From: Obrimoposthia wandeli
Lineage: Eukaryota
DNA: 64,000 nt
Assembly: GCA_977020255.1 (NCBI GenBank)
Contig: CDROCS010000122.1
Coordinates: forward strand, 620,001 to 684,000
Direction: 5' to 3'
The notes under the pieces were generated by a model. That model had not been told where the DNA came from. It worked only from the letters and a program-made list of their open reading frames with translations, and did no database searches. This document shows positions 9,719 to 19,736 of this stretch, piece by piece; position 1 is the stretch's first letter, and each line of letters begins with the position of its first letter. Both the position numbers and the translations under genes were made by a program.

Positions 9719-9765
9719 GATACAACAAAGCCCCAACCGAAGTTGAGGCTTTATCATTTTATCTA
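9719..9765 (-). terminator. tRNA-Leu terminator (att-like direct repeat copy 2 spans 9719-9773)
   Basis: Minus strand AAAGCCTCAAC-TTCG-GTTGGGGCTTTGTTGT hairpin downstream of CCA. Confidence 0.8.
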
Positions 9766-9850
9766 TGGTGCCCAAGGTCGGACTTGAACCGACACTCCCG
9801 AAGGAAACGGATTTTGAATCCGTCGTGTATACCAATTTCACCACTCGGGC
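9766..9850 (-). tRNA. leuX: tRNA-Leu(CAA), 85 nt
   Basis: rc GCCCGAGTGGTGAAATTGGTATACACGACGGATTCAAAATCCGTTTCCTTCGGGAGTGTCGGTTCAAGTCCGACCTTGGGCACCA: anticodon CAA, long variable arm, encoded CCA. Confidence 0.97.
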
Positions 9851-9861
9851 AGATGCGGCTT

Positions 9862-9889
9862 ATTATACGTATACAAGATTGATGCGCAA
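9862..9889 (-). promoter_or_regulatory. tRNA promoter
   Basis: TTGCGC (9884-9889), 16 bp, TATAAT (9862-9867), GC-rich discriminator. Confidence 0.8.
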
Positions 9890-10087
9890 GCCTTTATTCC
9901 GTATATATCAACAAAAAAAACCAACCGCTACTTATTTAGCCGATCCAATAAAAAACGTTCATAAACAAAACAAAGAAAAGTAACATATCGAAAAATATGC
10001 ATAGAATTCTGATGAAGAAGCAGTGCAATGGTAGTATTCAGGTTCATCGCTTTATATCGCACTAACAGGAAGTGGGTTGGTACAAAT

Positions 10088-10579
10088 ATGAAAAAGAAAC
10101 AATCAAAGGGTATTCAACAGTCAAAACAATATCCTAGTATTTTCCGTCGCTTAGGGGCATGGCTATATGACTGCTTAGTCGTCGCAGCTGTACTCATGTT
10201 GGCAGGTGGAGTAGTGATGGCGTTGATTGCCACTTTATTGCATTTTGGTATTTTAGATATCACAGGGTATGAAGATGCAAGTGCTTATCTTGGTACTCAC
10301 CCTGTTGCTAGTCTGATTTACAGCTTTTATTTAGCAGCAGTTGTTATTAGCTTCTTCGCATACTTTTGGTGCAAGGGTGGACAGACACTAGGAATGCGAG
10401 CATGGAAACTACGTCTACAAAATACAGATGGTTCTAATATTCGTTTCACGCAAGCATTCATTCGCATGGGAACATCTGCGTTTGGGTTAGGTAACTTATT
10501 ATCCCCATTCAGTACAACAAAACAGTCTTTTCAAGATCTGATGGCCGAATGTGAAATGGTTGTCATTGACGTTAAATAA
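10088..10579 (+). CDS. RDD family membrane protein
   Basis: RRLGAWLYD motif and GQTLGMRAWKLR; start moved to MKKKQ. Confidence 0.88.
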   Translation: MKKKQSKGIQQSKQYPSIFRRLGAWLYDCLVVAAVLMLAGGVVMALIATLLHFGILDITGYEDASAYLGTHPVASLIYSFYLAAVVISFFAYFWCKGGQTLGMRAWKLRLQNTDGSNIRFTQAFIRMGTSAFGLGNLLSPFSTTKQSFQDLMAECEMVVIDVK

Positions 10580-10595
10580 CCATTGTAATGACCAT

Positions 10596-10624
10596 AAAAA
10601 AAGGAGCCAGTCGGCTCCTTTTTT
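10596..10624. terminator. Bidirectional terminator RDD/lptG
   Basis: A-tract GGAGCC-AGTC-GGCTCC T-tract. Confidence 0.8.
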
Positions 10625-10648
10625 ACATGACTTAGAATGACATTTCGA

Positions 10649-11719
10649 TTATAACTTACGTCTGAGTAGGTAAATCGTAATCAGTAGAAATACGAGGCTG
10701 GGACCTAAAGCACCAATCGCAGGATGGAGCCGGTAAACAAGGCTCATGGGGCCAAATACTTCGTTAGATATATAGAACGTAAACCCAAAGATGACTCCAG
10801 ATAATACCCTTGCCCCCATAGTAACCGAACGTAATGGTCCGAACACAAAAGACAATGCAAGCAACATCATAACGGCAATCGAAATCGGTTGAAGCAACTT
10901 TCGCCAAAACGCCAGCTCATAACGTGATGCATCTTGTTTCGATTCTTTTAAATAATTGACGTAATCATACACGCCAGATAACGCTAGCTCTTCAGGCTTG
11001 ACTGTCACGATGGCTAACTTGTCTGGAGAGAGCGAAGTCTTCCAAGGCAGTGTGTCAAATTTCGTATTGGTTTGCTGTATTTTCGAAATGTTTGTTACCG
11101 TCACATCAGCCAGCAACCAACCTTGTTGATCGGTAAAAGATGCAGACTTCGCAAAGACCATTTTAGAAAGTGTATCTTCATCATCAAACTGCCAAATATT
11201 CACCGCATTTAAAGTGCTTTGTTCATGCACGCGACCGATATAAATAAAATCATTGCCGTCTTTGGCCCACACGCCACTTTGAACCGAAAGCATATTACCT
11301 CCTGACGTCCAAATAGCACGTAATTCCCGTGCGGATTTTTGTGCCTGAGGCGCTCCCCACTGCCCTAGCACCATAACAATCAGCATAAGAGGGACAGCGG
11401 TTTTTAAAACAGATAAGCCAATATCAAGCTTAGAAAAGCCAGCTGCCTGCATAACAACTAATTCAGAGCTCGACGCCAGCATACCTAAACCAATCAATGC
11501 ACCGAGCAATACCGCCATAGGGAAGAACATTTCAATATCACGTGGCATGCTCAATAAAACATAAATCAAGGCTTTCCATAAGTCGTAAGTGCCATCACCC
11601 ACTTTACGCAGCTGCTCAACATATTTAATGATGGCTGATAACCCTACCAAGGTTGATAACGTCAACGCCGTTGTTGCGATAATCGTTCGACCAATGTACC
11701 AATCTAAAATCTTAAACAT
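10649..11719 (-). CDS. lptG: LPS export ABC transporter permease LptG
   Basis: MFKILDWYIGR, SSELVVMQAAG and FVFGPLRSVTMG motifs; follows lptF. Confidence 0.95.
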   Translation of the reverse strand: MFKILDWYIGRTIIATTALTLSTLVGLSAIIKYVEQLRKVGDGTYDLWKALIYVLLSMPRDIEMFFPMAVLLGALIGLGMLASSSELVVMQAAGFSKLDIGLSVLKTAVPLMLIVMVLGQWGAPQAQKSARELRAIWTSGGNMLSVQSGVWAKDGNDFIYIGRVHEQSTLNAVNIWQFDDEDTLSKMVFAKSASFTDQQGWLLADVTVTNISKIQQTNTKFDTLPWKTSLSPDKLAIVTVKPEELALSGVYDYVNYLKESKQDASRYELAFWRKLLQPISIAVMMLLALSFVFGPLRSVTMGARVLSGVIFGFTFYISNEVFGPMSLVYRLHPAIGALGPSLVFLLITIYLLRRKL

Positions 11720-12819
11720 TAGCCACGTCTCCGTAATTTATCTTTTAACACTCGGATAGGCATGGTATCCCAAGAATTTAAGGCGATTGCCACAACAAAC
11801 ATCACAAGATTGATCGACCAAAGACCAATATACGAAGGCAAACTTCCATCTTCAACCGCTGATTTCGCGGCACTTATCGCTAAGAAATAAACCAAATAGA
11901 TCAAAACAGCTGGGAAGAGTTTTGCAAACCGCCCTTGCCGAGGGTTAACGGATGATAGAGGGACAACAACCATCGTTAATAACGGAATACATAAAAACAT
12001 CGATACACGCCACTGAAATTCAGCGCGTGCACCTAATTCGGAATGCTGCATCAATGTAGGAGTGGGTAACGCATCCCAATCTCGATTTTTTTCACGAATT
12101 GCACGCTGACCAATCAATGCTTGGTAATCTTCAAACTCAGTTACAGAGTAATCTAATCGAGTCGGCACACCTTCATAGCGCGTACCCTCTTTAAGATCGA
12201 GTACCTGACGACCATCCTCTAACTCACTCACATAGCCACGATCTGCCACCATCACACTGGGGCGCATGGTGTCACGAGCAACCATTTGAGCAACAAAGAT
12301 TTTTTCGAGCTTACTGCCCTTATCAGTAATATCATTGACAAACACAACCCCTTGACCATCAGGAGCTGGTTGAAACTGACCTTTAACCAATAAATCCAGT
12401 CCTACATCAGATTCAACTCTTTCCATGACTTGTGTTTCTTGCTCTGAGCTCCAGGGTGCTAACCACAAAGAATTAAATGCAGCAACGGTTCCAGTAATCA
12501 CGGCCAATAATAATGCGGCTTGGATCAGGAATTTATTTCCTATCCCCGTGGCATTCATCACCGTGATCTCACTTTCAGCATAGAGACGACCAAAAGTCAG
12601 CAAAATACCGATATAAAGGCTAAGTGGTAGCATCAATAATGCCATCGATGGCATATACAATCCCATCAAGGTCAAAATCAGATCACCAGGGATCGAGCCA
12701 TCGGTTGCATCAGCTAGAATGCGAATAAACTTCTGACTGATAAAGACCAAAAAAAGCACAAATAAAACGGCTAATTGGCTTTTTAATGTCTCACGAGTCA
12801 AATACCTAACAATAATCAC
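11719..12819 (-). CDS. lptF: LPS export ABC transporter permease LptF
   Basis: IIVRYLTRETLKSQ, GRLYAESEITVM and NPRQGRFAKL motifs; GTG start. Confidence 0.95.
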   Translation of the reverse strand: MIIVRYLTRETLKSQLAVLFVLFLVFISQKFIRILADATDGSIPGDLILTLMGLYMPSMALLMLPLSLYIGILLTFGRLYAESEITVMNATGIGNKFLIQAALLLAVITGTVAAFNSLWLAPWSSEQETQVMERVESDVGLDLLVKGQFQPAPDGQGVVFVNDITDKGSKLEKIFVAQMVARDTMRPSVMVADRGYVSELEDGRQVLDLKEGTRYEGVPTRLDYSVTEFEDYQALIGQRAIREKNRDWDALPTPTLMQHSELGARAEFQWRVSMFLCIPLLTMVVVPLSSVNPRQGRFAKLFPAVLIYLVYFLAISAAKSAVEDGSLPSYIGLWSINLVMFVVAIALNSWDTMPIRVLKDKLRRRG

Positions 12820-13014
12820 GCGTTATATACCCATAGAAAACTTGTTTTTTTAGTGGAATCACTATAGTTTTTCGGTAAATCAGTTATTTTTTGATCTTTC
12901 GGCTATTTGTTAGCCTGCACTTTAATCCTATACCGAAAAAGCGGTCCAGCAAGATAAGTGCGGTATTATCTAACATTTAGCATTAATTGTCTTTAATAGG
13001 ATGTAGGAGTACGC

Positions 13015-14523
13015 ATGGAGTTTAGTGTAAAAAGTGGCAGCCCCGAGAAACAGCGCAGTGCCTGTATCGTCGTAGGCGTCTTTGAACCACGTCGACTTTC
13101 TCCAATTGCCGAACAGCTAGATAAAATCAGTGATGGTTATATTAGCTCTTTATTACGCCGTGGTGACCTAGAAGGTAAACCGGGGCAAATGCTACTGCTT
13201 CACCATGTACCAAATGTACTCTCTGAGCGAGTATTATTGGTTGGTTGTGGCAAAGAACGTGAACTTGATGAGCGCCAATACAAACAAATTATCAAAAAGA
13301 CCATCAGCACGTTAAATGAAACTGGTTCAATGGAAGCAGTCTGCTTTTTAACTGAACTACATGTAAAAGGTCGCGATACATACTGGAAAGTTCGTCAGGC
13401 TGTTGAAACCACAAAAGATAGCCTATACACCTTTAATCAGTTTAAGAGTAACAAACCAGAGACTCGCCGACCACTACGTAAATTAGTCTTTAATGTACCA
13501 ACACGTCGTGAACTGTCGCTTGGTGAACGCGCTATTACCCATGGTCTTGCTGTCGCATCAGGTGTTAAAGCAAGTAAAGATCTAGGCAATATGCCACCAA
13601 ACGTGGCTAACCCAGCGTATTTAGCCTCACAAGCACGTCGCCTTGCTGATGATTTTGACACTGTCACCACCAAAATTATTGGTGAGCAGGAAATGAAAGA
13701 GCTTGGCATGACATCTTACCTTGCGGTAGGTCAAGGCTCTAAAAATGAAGCCATGATGTCAGTCATTGAATACAAAGGCAGCGCCGATCCAGATGCGAAG
13801 CCAATTGTATTGGTCGGTAAAGGGTTAACCTTTGATTCAGGCGGTATTTCAATTAAGCCATCCGCTCAAATGGATGAAATGAAATACGACATGTGTGGTG
13901 CAGCATCAGTCTTTGGTGCAATGAAATCACTGGCGAAGCTAAATCTACCGATTAATGTGGTAGGTATTATTGCGGGTTGTGAAAACATGCCCGGCGGCAA
14001 TGCTTATCGACCTGGTGACATTATTACCACGATGTCAGGGCAAACAGTTGAAGTACTGAATACCGATGCAGAAGGTCGCTTAGTACTTTGTGATGCGCTA
14101 ACGTATGTAGAACGCTTTGATCCAGAGTGTGTAGTCGATGTAGCAACACTGACGGGTGCATGTGTTGTCGCGCTTGGTCATCACATCAGTGGGCTGTTGG
14201 GTAACCATAACCCACTCGCACACGAATTGATTAACGCATCAGAACAATCTGGTGACCGCGCATGGCGTTTACCAATGTCTGATGAATATCAAGATCAGAT
14301 TGCAAGCCCATTTGCCGATATGGCAAACCTTGGCTCAGCAGGTGCTGGTACGATTACAGCTGGCTGTTTCTTATCACGCTTTACTAAAAAGTATAACTGG
14401 GCTCACCTCGATATTGCAGGTACAGCTTGGGTTGGTGGTAAAGAAAAAGGTTCGACAGGTCGCCCAGTACCATTACTGGTCCAGTTCTTGTTAAACCGTG
14501 CAGGCCTCGAAAACGTCGAATAA
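13015..14523 (+). CDS. pepA: Leucyl aminopeptidase PepA
   Basis: [17 protein letters not shown] start, [10 protein letters not shown] and NTDAEGRL motifs. Confidence 0.98.
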   Translation: MEFSVKSGSPEKQRSACIVVGVFEPRRLSPIAEQLDKISDGYISSLLRRGDLEGKPGQMLLLHHVPNVLSERVLLVGCGKERELDERQYKQIIKKTISTLNETGSMEAVCFLTELHVKGRDTYWKVRQAVETTKDSLYTFNQFKSNKPETRRPLRKLVFNVPTRRELSLGERAITHGLAVASGVKASKDLGNMPPNVANPAYLASQARRLADDFDTVTTKIIGEQEMKELGMTSYLAVGQGSKNEAMMSVIEYKGSADPDAKPIVLVGKGLTFDSGGISIKPSAQMDEMKYDMCGAASVFGAMKSLAKLNLPINVVGIIAGCENMPGGNAYRPGDIITTMSGQTVEVLNTDAEGRLVLCDALTYVERFDPECVVDVATLTGACVVALGHHISGLLGNHNPLAHELINASEQSGDRAWRLPMSDEYQDQIASPFADMANLGSAGAGTITAGCFLSRFTKKYNWAHLDIAGTAWVGGKEKGSTGRPVPLLVQFLLNRAGLENVE

Positions 14524-14574
14524 GACAACTGAAAAGAGGGGCCTAAAGGTCCCTTTCTTTTTGAGATAAATATT

Positions 14575-15027
14575 ATGACTCATGCTACTTTTTATATAAT
14601 TGATGATAAACATTTTGAAGCTGATAACGACTATCTACTGCATTTTGCTTGTCATCAGGCAGCATTGAGTTACCAGCAAGGCAACAAAGTTTACCTGCTA
14701 GCTGAAAATAAAGCACAAGCAGAACAACTTGATGAGTACTTATGGCAACAAGAGCCAGATAACTTCGTTCCTCACAATTTAATTGGCGAAGGACCACGAG
14801 GCGGATCTCCTGTTGAAATAGGCTGGCCCGGTTTACGTCATAGTGGACGACGGGGCTTGCTAATAAATTTGGGTCAAGATACACCAAATTTTGCCGTAAC
14901 CTTCCCACAAGTGATAGACTTCGTCCCTTGCGATAAAAACCTCAAGCAGTTGGCACGTGAACGTTACAAGGCTTATCGCCTTGCTGGCATTCAAATACAA
15001 ACCGCCGCAGCCCCTGAGACGCCCTAA
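14575..15027 (+). CDS. holC: DNA polymerase III chi subunit
   Basis: ATFY start, LDEYLWQ, FVPHNL and ARERYKAYR motifs; pepA-holC-valS synteny. Confidence 0.95.
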   Translation: MTHATFYIIDDKHFEADNDYLLHFACHQAALSYQQGNKVYLLAENKAQAEQLDEYLWQQEPDNFVPHNLIGEGPRGGSPVEIGWPGLRHSGRRGLLINLGQDTPNFAVTFPQVIDFVPCDKNLKQLARERYKAYRLAGIQIQTAAAPETP

Positions 15028-15055
15028 TTCCCACATCGATCCTTCTAAGAGCGCT

Positions 15056-17917
15056 ATGGAAAAGACATACAACCCACAATCAATTGAACAAGCGCTATAT
15101 CAGCGCTGGGAAGAGGCTGGTTACTTCAAGCCTCACGGTGATACATCTAAAGATGCATACAGCATCATGATTCCACCGCCAAACGTCACTGGTAACCTAC
15201 ACATGGGCCACGCATTTCAGGATACCATCATGGATACCCTGATCCGTGCTGAGCGAATGAAAGGTAAGAATACCCTTTGGCAAGTCGGTACTGACCACGC
15301 AGGTATCGCAACCCAAATGGTTGTGGAACGTAAAATTGCTGCTGAAGAAGGCAAAACTAAGCATGACTACGGTCGTGATGCGTTCATCGATAAGATCTGG
15401 GAATGGAAAGCTGAGTCGGGTGGTAACATCACTCAGCAGCTTCGCCGCCTTGGCGCTTCTGTAGACTGGGATCGTGAACGATTCACTATGGATGATGGCC
15501 TATCTAATGCAACGCAAGAAGTCTTTGTTCGTTTGTTTGAAGAAGATCTTATCTACCGTGGTAAGCGTCTCGTTAACTGGGATCCTAAATTGCACACAGC
15601 AATCTCTGATCTTGAAGTTGAAAACAAAGACAAAAAAGGCTTCATGTGGCACTTCCGTTACCCACTGGCAAACGGTGTTAAAACTGCGGATGGTAAAGAC
15701 TACATCGTAGTAGCTACGACTCGTCCTGAAACCATGCTTGGTGATACCGGTGTTGCGGTTAACCCTGAAGATCCTCGTTACAAAGATCTTATCGGTCAAC
15801 ACATTGAGTTACCTATCATTGGTCGTTTAATTCCAATCTTAGGCGATGATCACGCGGACATGGAAAAAGGCACTGGTTGTGTGAAAATCACGCCCGCTCA
15901 TGACTTTAACGATTACGAAGTAGGTAAACGTCATAGCCTACCGATGATCAACATCCTAACGTTCAACGCTGATATCCGTGATACTGCTGAAGTATTCACA
16001 ACCAACGGCGAAGAAAGTGATGTGTACAGCGCTGAACTTCCTGAAAAATACCATGGCATGGAGCGCTTTGCTGCTCGTAGAGCCATCGTTGCTGAATTCG
16101 ATGAACTGGGTCTTCTTGAAGAAATCAAAGATCACGATTTAACCGTTCCTTACGGTGACCGTGGCGGCGTGGTTATTGAACCAATGCTGACTGACCAATG
16201 GTACGTTCGTACTGCACCTCTTGCAGCTCCTGCTGTTAAGGCGGTTGAAGATGGTCAAATCCAATTTGTTCCTAAGCAATACGAAAACATGTACTTTGCG
16301 TGGATGCGTGACGTTCAAGATTGGTGTATTTCTCGTCAACTTTGGTGGGGTCACAGAATCCCTGCATGGTATGACAACGACGGTAAAGTTTACGTTGGTC
16401 GCACTGAAGAAGAAGTTCGTGAGAAAAACAACCTTGCACCTGTTGTTGTACTTAAGCAAGACGACGACGTACTTGATACGTGGTTCTCTTCTGCGCTTTG
16501 GACATTCGGCACACAAGGCTGGCCTGAAAACACTGACGCACTGAAAACATTCCACCCATCAGAAGTTCTAGTATCTGGTTTTGATATTATCTTCTTCTGG
16601 GTTGCTCGTATGATCATGATGACCATGCACTTCGTGAAAGACGAAGAAGGCAATGCACAAGTCCCATTTAAGACAGTTTACATGACGGGCCTTATCCGTG
16701 ATGAAAACGGCGACAAGATGTCGAAGTCTAAAGGTAACGTGCTTGACCCTATCGATATGATCGATGGTATCGGCCTTGAAGAGCTAGTAGAAAAACGTTG
16801 TGGCAACATGATGCAGCCTAAAATGGCAGCAAAAATTGAGAAAGCGACACGTAAGACATTCGAAGGTGGTATCGAACCATACGGTACAGATGCATTGCGT
16901 TTCACGCTTGCAGCAATGGCATCAACAGGTCGTGATATCAACTGGGATATGAAGCGTCTTGAAGGTTACCGTAACTTCTGTAACAAATTATGGAACGCAA
17001 GCCGTTACGTATTGATGAACACAGAAGAACACGACTGTGGCATGGCTGAAGGTGCAGAACTTGAGTTCTCATTAGCAGACAAATGGATTGAATCTCAGTT
17101 TGAAATTGCAGCAAAAGAGTTTAATGCTCACCTAGACAACTACCGTCTAGACATGGCTGCAAACACATTGTACGAATTCATCTGGAACCAATTCTGTGAC
17201 TGGTACTTAGAGCTGACTAAACCGGTTCTTTGGAAAGGCACTGAAGCGCAACAACGTGCAACGCGTTACACGTTGATTACGGTTCTTGAGAAAACATTAC
17301 GTCTTGCTCACCCTATCCTTCCTTACATCACTGAATCAATCTGGCAGAGCGTTAAGCCACTGGTTGCGGGTGTTGAAGGTGAAACCATCATGACTCAAGC
17401 CTTACCTCAGTTTAATGAAGAAAACTTCAACGCTGATGTAACTGCTGATCTTGAATGGGTGAAAGCGTTCATTACAAGCATTCGTAATTTACGCGCAGAA
17501 TACGACATCGCACCAAGCAAAGGCTTAGACGTGATGATTAAAGTAGCTGACGAAAAAGACGCTGCACGTATTCAAGCCAATGAAATTGTACTGACTTCTC
17601 TAGCTAAGCTAGACAGCATCAAAGTATTGGCTAACGGTGAAACGACACCAGCATGTGCAACATCGTTGGTGGGTAAATCTGAGTTGATGATCCCAATGGC
17701 GGGTCTTATCGACAAAGATGCTGAGCTTGCTCGTCTTGATAAAGAAGTAGCAAAGACACAAGGTGAGATTAAGCGTATCGAAGGTAAGCTTAACAACCAA
17801 GGCTTTGTTGCTAAAGCGCCAGAAGTTGTTATCACAAAAGAACGTGAGAAACTAGAAGGTTACCAAGAAACCTTGGTGAAGCTAGAAGCCCAAAAAGAAA
17901 CGATCGCAGCACTGTAA
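15056..17917 (+). CDS. valS: Valyl-tRNA synthetase
   Basis: [11 protein letters not shown] start, PPPNVTG.LHMGH (HIGH) and KMSKS motifs. Confidence 0.99.
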   Translation: MEKTYNPQSIEQALYQRWEEAGYFKPHGDTSKDAYSIMIPPPNVTGNLHMGHAFQDTIMDTLIRAERMKGKNTLWQVGTDHAGIATQMVVERKIAAEEGKTKHDYGRDAFIDKIWEWKAESGGNITQQLRRLGASVDWDRERFTMDDGLSNATQEVFVRLFEEDLIYRGKRLVNWDPKLHTAISDLEVENKDKKGFMWHFRYPLANGVKTADGKDYIVVATTRPETMLGDTGVAVNPEDPRYKDLIGQHIELPIIGRLIPILGDDHADMEKGTGCVKITPAHDFNDYEVGKRHSLPMINILTFNADIRDTAEVFTTNGEESDVYSAELPEKYHGMERFAARRAIVAEFDELGLLEEIKDHDLTVPYGDRGGVVIEPMLTDQWYVRTAPLAAPAVKAVEDGQIQFVPKQYENMYFAWMRDVQDWCISRQLWWGHRIPAWYDNDGKVYVGRTEEEVREKNNLAPVVVLKQDDDVLDTWFSSALWTFGTQGWPENTDALKTFHPSEVLVSGFDIIFFWVARMIMMTMHFVKDEEGNAQVPFKTVYMTGLIRDENGDKMSKSKGNVLDPIDMIDGIGLEELVEKRCGNMMQPKMAAKIEKATRKTFEGGIEPYGTDALRFTLAAMASTGRDINWDMKRLEGYRNFCNKLWNASRYVLMNTEEHDCGMAEGAELEFSLADKWIESQFEIAAKEFNAHLDNYRLDMAANTLYEFIWNQFCDWYLELTKPVLWKGTEAQQRATRYTLITVLEKTLRLAHPILPYITESIWQSVKPLVAGVEGETIMTQALPQFNEENFNADVTADLEWVKAFITSIRNLRAEYDIAPSKGLDVMIKVADEKDAARIQANEIVLTSLAKLDSIKVLANGETTPACATSLVGKSELMIPMAGLIDKDAELARLDKEVAKTQGEIKRIEGKLNNQGFVAKAPEVVITKEREKLEGYQETLVKLEAQKETIAAL

Positions 17918-17944
17918 GCCCTCGCTCACAGTCCATGATTGAAT

Positions 17945-17975
17945 AAGCCCGACGCGTAAGCATCGGGCTTTTTTT
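17945..17975 (+). terminator. valS rho-independent terminator
   Basis: AAGCCCGA ... TCGGGCTT followed by T-tract. Confidence 0.85.
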
Positions 17976-18082
17976 GTATTTAAATTCCACTACCTAGCAG
18001 CGTATATACTCTATCGCATAGCTGGGGGCTACATACTAGCTGGCTAAACAATCTATTCGCTTCTCTGCCTCATCTCAAGTTA

Positions 18083-18145
18083 ATAGCCTATGCCTATCAA
18101 ACTAATATAAACAATCGATTTTTATAACTGATAATGATTCGCAAT
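18083..18145 (+). promoter_or_regulatory. Candidate OxyR-type site followed by a Fur-like box
   Basis: ATAG-N7-CTAT-N7-ATAT-N7-CGAT (18083-18119) and ACTGATAATGATTCGCAAT (18127-18145). Confidence 0.55.
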
Positions 18146-18175
18146 AATAGCGGCATCAAGAGAGAGGACATCACC

Positions 18176-18583
18176 ATGAAAAAGACCATCAGTTTTGCTG
18201 GGCTTCACTTTACAGTCGCTTTTACCGTTGCATACTTATTAACTGGCGATCTACTGATCGGTAGTTTGATTGCGATGATCGAACCGATGGTCAACACTGT
18301 GGCCTTTTACTTCCATGAAAAAGCGTGGCAGACCAAACTCTTGAAACAATCGCACTACAGTGCCCCTGCCAGTAAAACCATCAGTTTTGCCGTGGTACAT
18401 TTCACCGTCGCGTTTATTGTGGTGTATTTACTGACTGGTGATGCGCTAATTGGCGGCATGATGGCAATGATCGAACCTGCGATCAATACCGTAATATATT
18501 ATTTCCACGAACGTGTGTGGCAAAGAAAAGAACAACAAGCAGATGATCATAACTTGCTTAATATGATGGTTTGCCAGCACTAA
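18176..18583 (+). CDS. DUF2061-type membrane protein with internal duplication
   Basis: Two repeats KTISFA..HFTVAF....LTGD..IG...AMIEP..NTV..YFHE..W; RBS GAGGA before ATG 18176. Confidence 0.8.
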   Translation: MKKTISFAGLHFTVAFTVAYLLTGDLLIGSLIAMIEPMVNTVAFYFHEKAWQTKLLKQSHYSAPASKTISFAVVHFTVAFIVVYLLTGDALIGGMMAMIEPAINTVIYYFHERVWQRKEQQADDHNLLNMMVCQH

Positions 18584-18641
18584 ATCATGTGCTTTCAGTG
18601 CTGGTTTCAATGGTATTCATAACAATATTCGATAGAACTCA

Positions 18642-18689
18642 TTGACATCATTGCGATACGCAAGTAAATATAGGTGTGTACCGCAACTA
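18642..18689 (+). promoter_or_regulatory. Promoter with tandem MarR-type palindromes
   Basis: TTGACA (18642-18647); TCATTGCG-ATA-CGCAAGTA (18648-18666) and TAGGTGTG-TAC-CGCAACTA (18671-18689). Confidence 0.55.
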
Positions 18690-18711
18690 TGTTTACTTGG
18701 GAAACCATACT

Positions 18712-19617
18712 ATGAAACCAGAAGAACTCCGTCAACTCTCTCGTCAGTTGGTTCGCCAGTTAGGTTTGCTGGATAACCATTGCGGCAGTATGAAGCTGAC
18801 CCCAGTTCAAGCTCATACATTGATCGAGTTAGAACAAGCGCCCTGCACAGTTAATCAAATGGCCGCAAAATTAAAAGTCGATAAATCAAATGCCAGCCGA
18901 ACGTTAGCGGTACTGCTCAACTTAGGTTTAGTCACCACCACACCAAACCCTGATGATAAACGCAGCCAATTGTCCCAGCTCACCGCAGAAGGCGAGCAAA
19001 CACTGGGTGCTCTGCACGCACAATTGAACGATCACGTGCAGATCATTCTTGATCAGATGGACTGTGATGAAATCAGCCAGCTTAAAAGCAGCCTAACGCG
19101 CTACAGCAAAGCGATTCATACCGCCCACAAACAGCACGGTTTTATTCTTCGCCCATTAACCCCATTAGATAACGCTTCCGTCGCTGCCATTATTCGAAAA
19201 GTATCGGCAGAGTATGGTTTAACCGCAGATAAAGGCTATGGCGTAGCTGACCCTACGCTCGATTCAATGAGTGAGGTTTACCAACCGGATGGCTGCCAAT
19301 ATTGGGTTATTGAAAAAGATCATCGGATACTTGGTGGTGGAGGGCTTGCTGCACTCGGCAATACTGATGGGTTATGTGAATTGCAGAAAATGTACTTCCT
19401 TAACGCGCTGCGCGGTAAAGGGTTAGCTCGAAGCTTAGCGGTAAAAGCGTTAAAATTTGCCCGGGAATACGGTTACAAAGGGTGCTATCTCGAAACCACC
19501 AAGAACCTAACGGAAGCTATTGCCCTGTATGAATCGTTAGGGTTTGTGCATATTCCACATGCAATGGGAGATACCGGCCACGATGCATGTGAAGTTCGCA
19601 TGCTCAAAACCTTTTAA
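18712..19617 (+). CDS. MarR HTH - GNAT acetyltransferase fusion (YjgM-like C-terminus)
   Basis: [12 protein letters not shown]...DKSNASRTL...DKR wHTH, then ELQKMYF..RGKGL...CYLETT...AIALYE.LGF GNAT motifs. Confidence 0.88.
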   Translation: MKPEELRQLSRQLVRQLGLLDNHCGSMKLTPVQAHTLIELEQAPCTVNQMAAKLKVDKSNASRTLAVLLNLGLVTTTPNPDDKRSQLSQLTAEGEQTLGALHAQLNDHVQIILDQMDCDEISQLKSSLTRYSKAIHTAHKQHGFILRPLTPLDNASVAAIIRKVSAEYGLTADKGYGVADPTLDSMSEVYQPDGCQYWVIEKDHRILGGGGLAALGNTDGLCELQKMYFLNALRGKGLARSLAVKALKFAREYGYKGCYLETTKNLTEAIALYESLGFVHIPHAMGDTGHDACEVRMLKTF

Positions 19618-19736
19618 GAAATATCGGGCAGGATTCAAGCAATAAGTGCAACACGCTTGCCTGTAATAAAAAGCCAGTAGTCAACATTCTCATATTTTCT
19701 ACTGGCTTGTTGTTTATTCACTAGAATACGCGTTAA

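Noticed and set aside
9765-9983. 72-aa plus-strand ORF
   Set aside because: Antisense to tRNA-Leu and its promoter; shadow ORF
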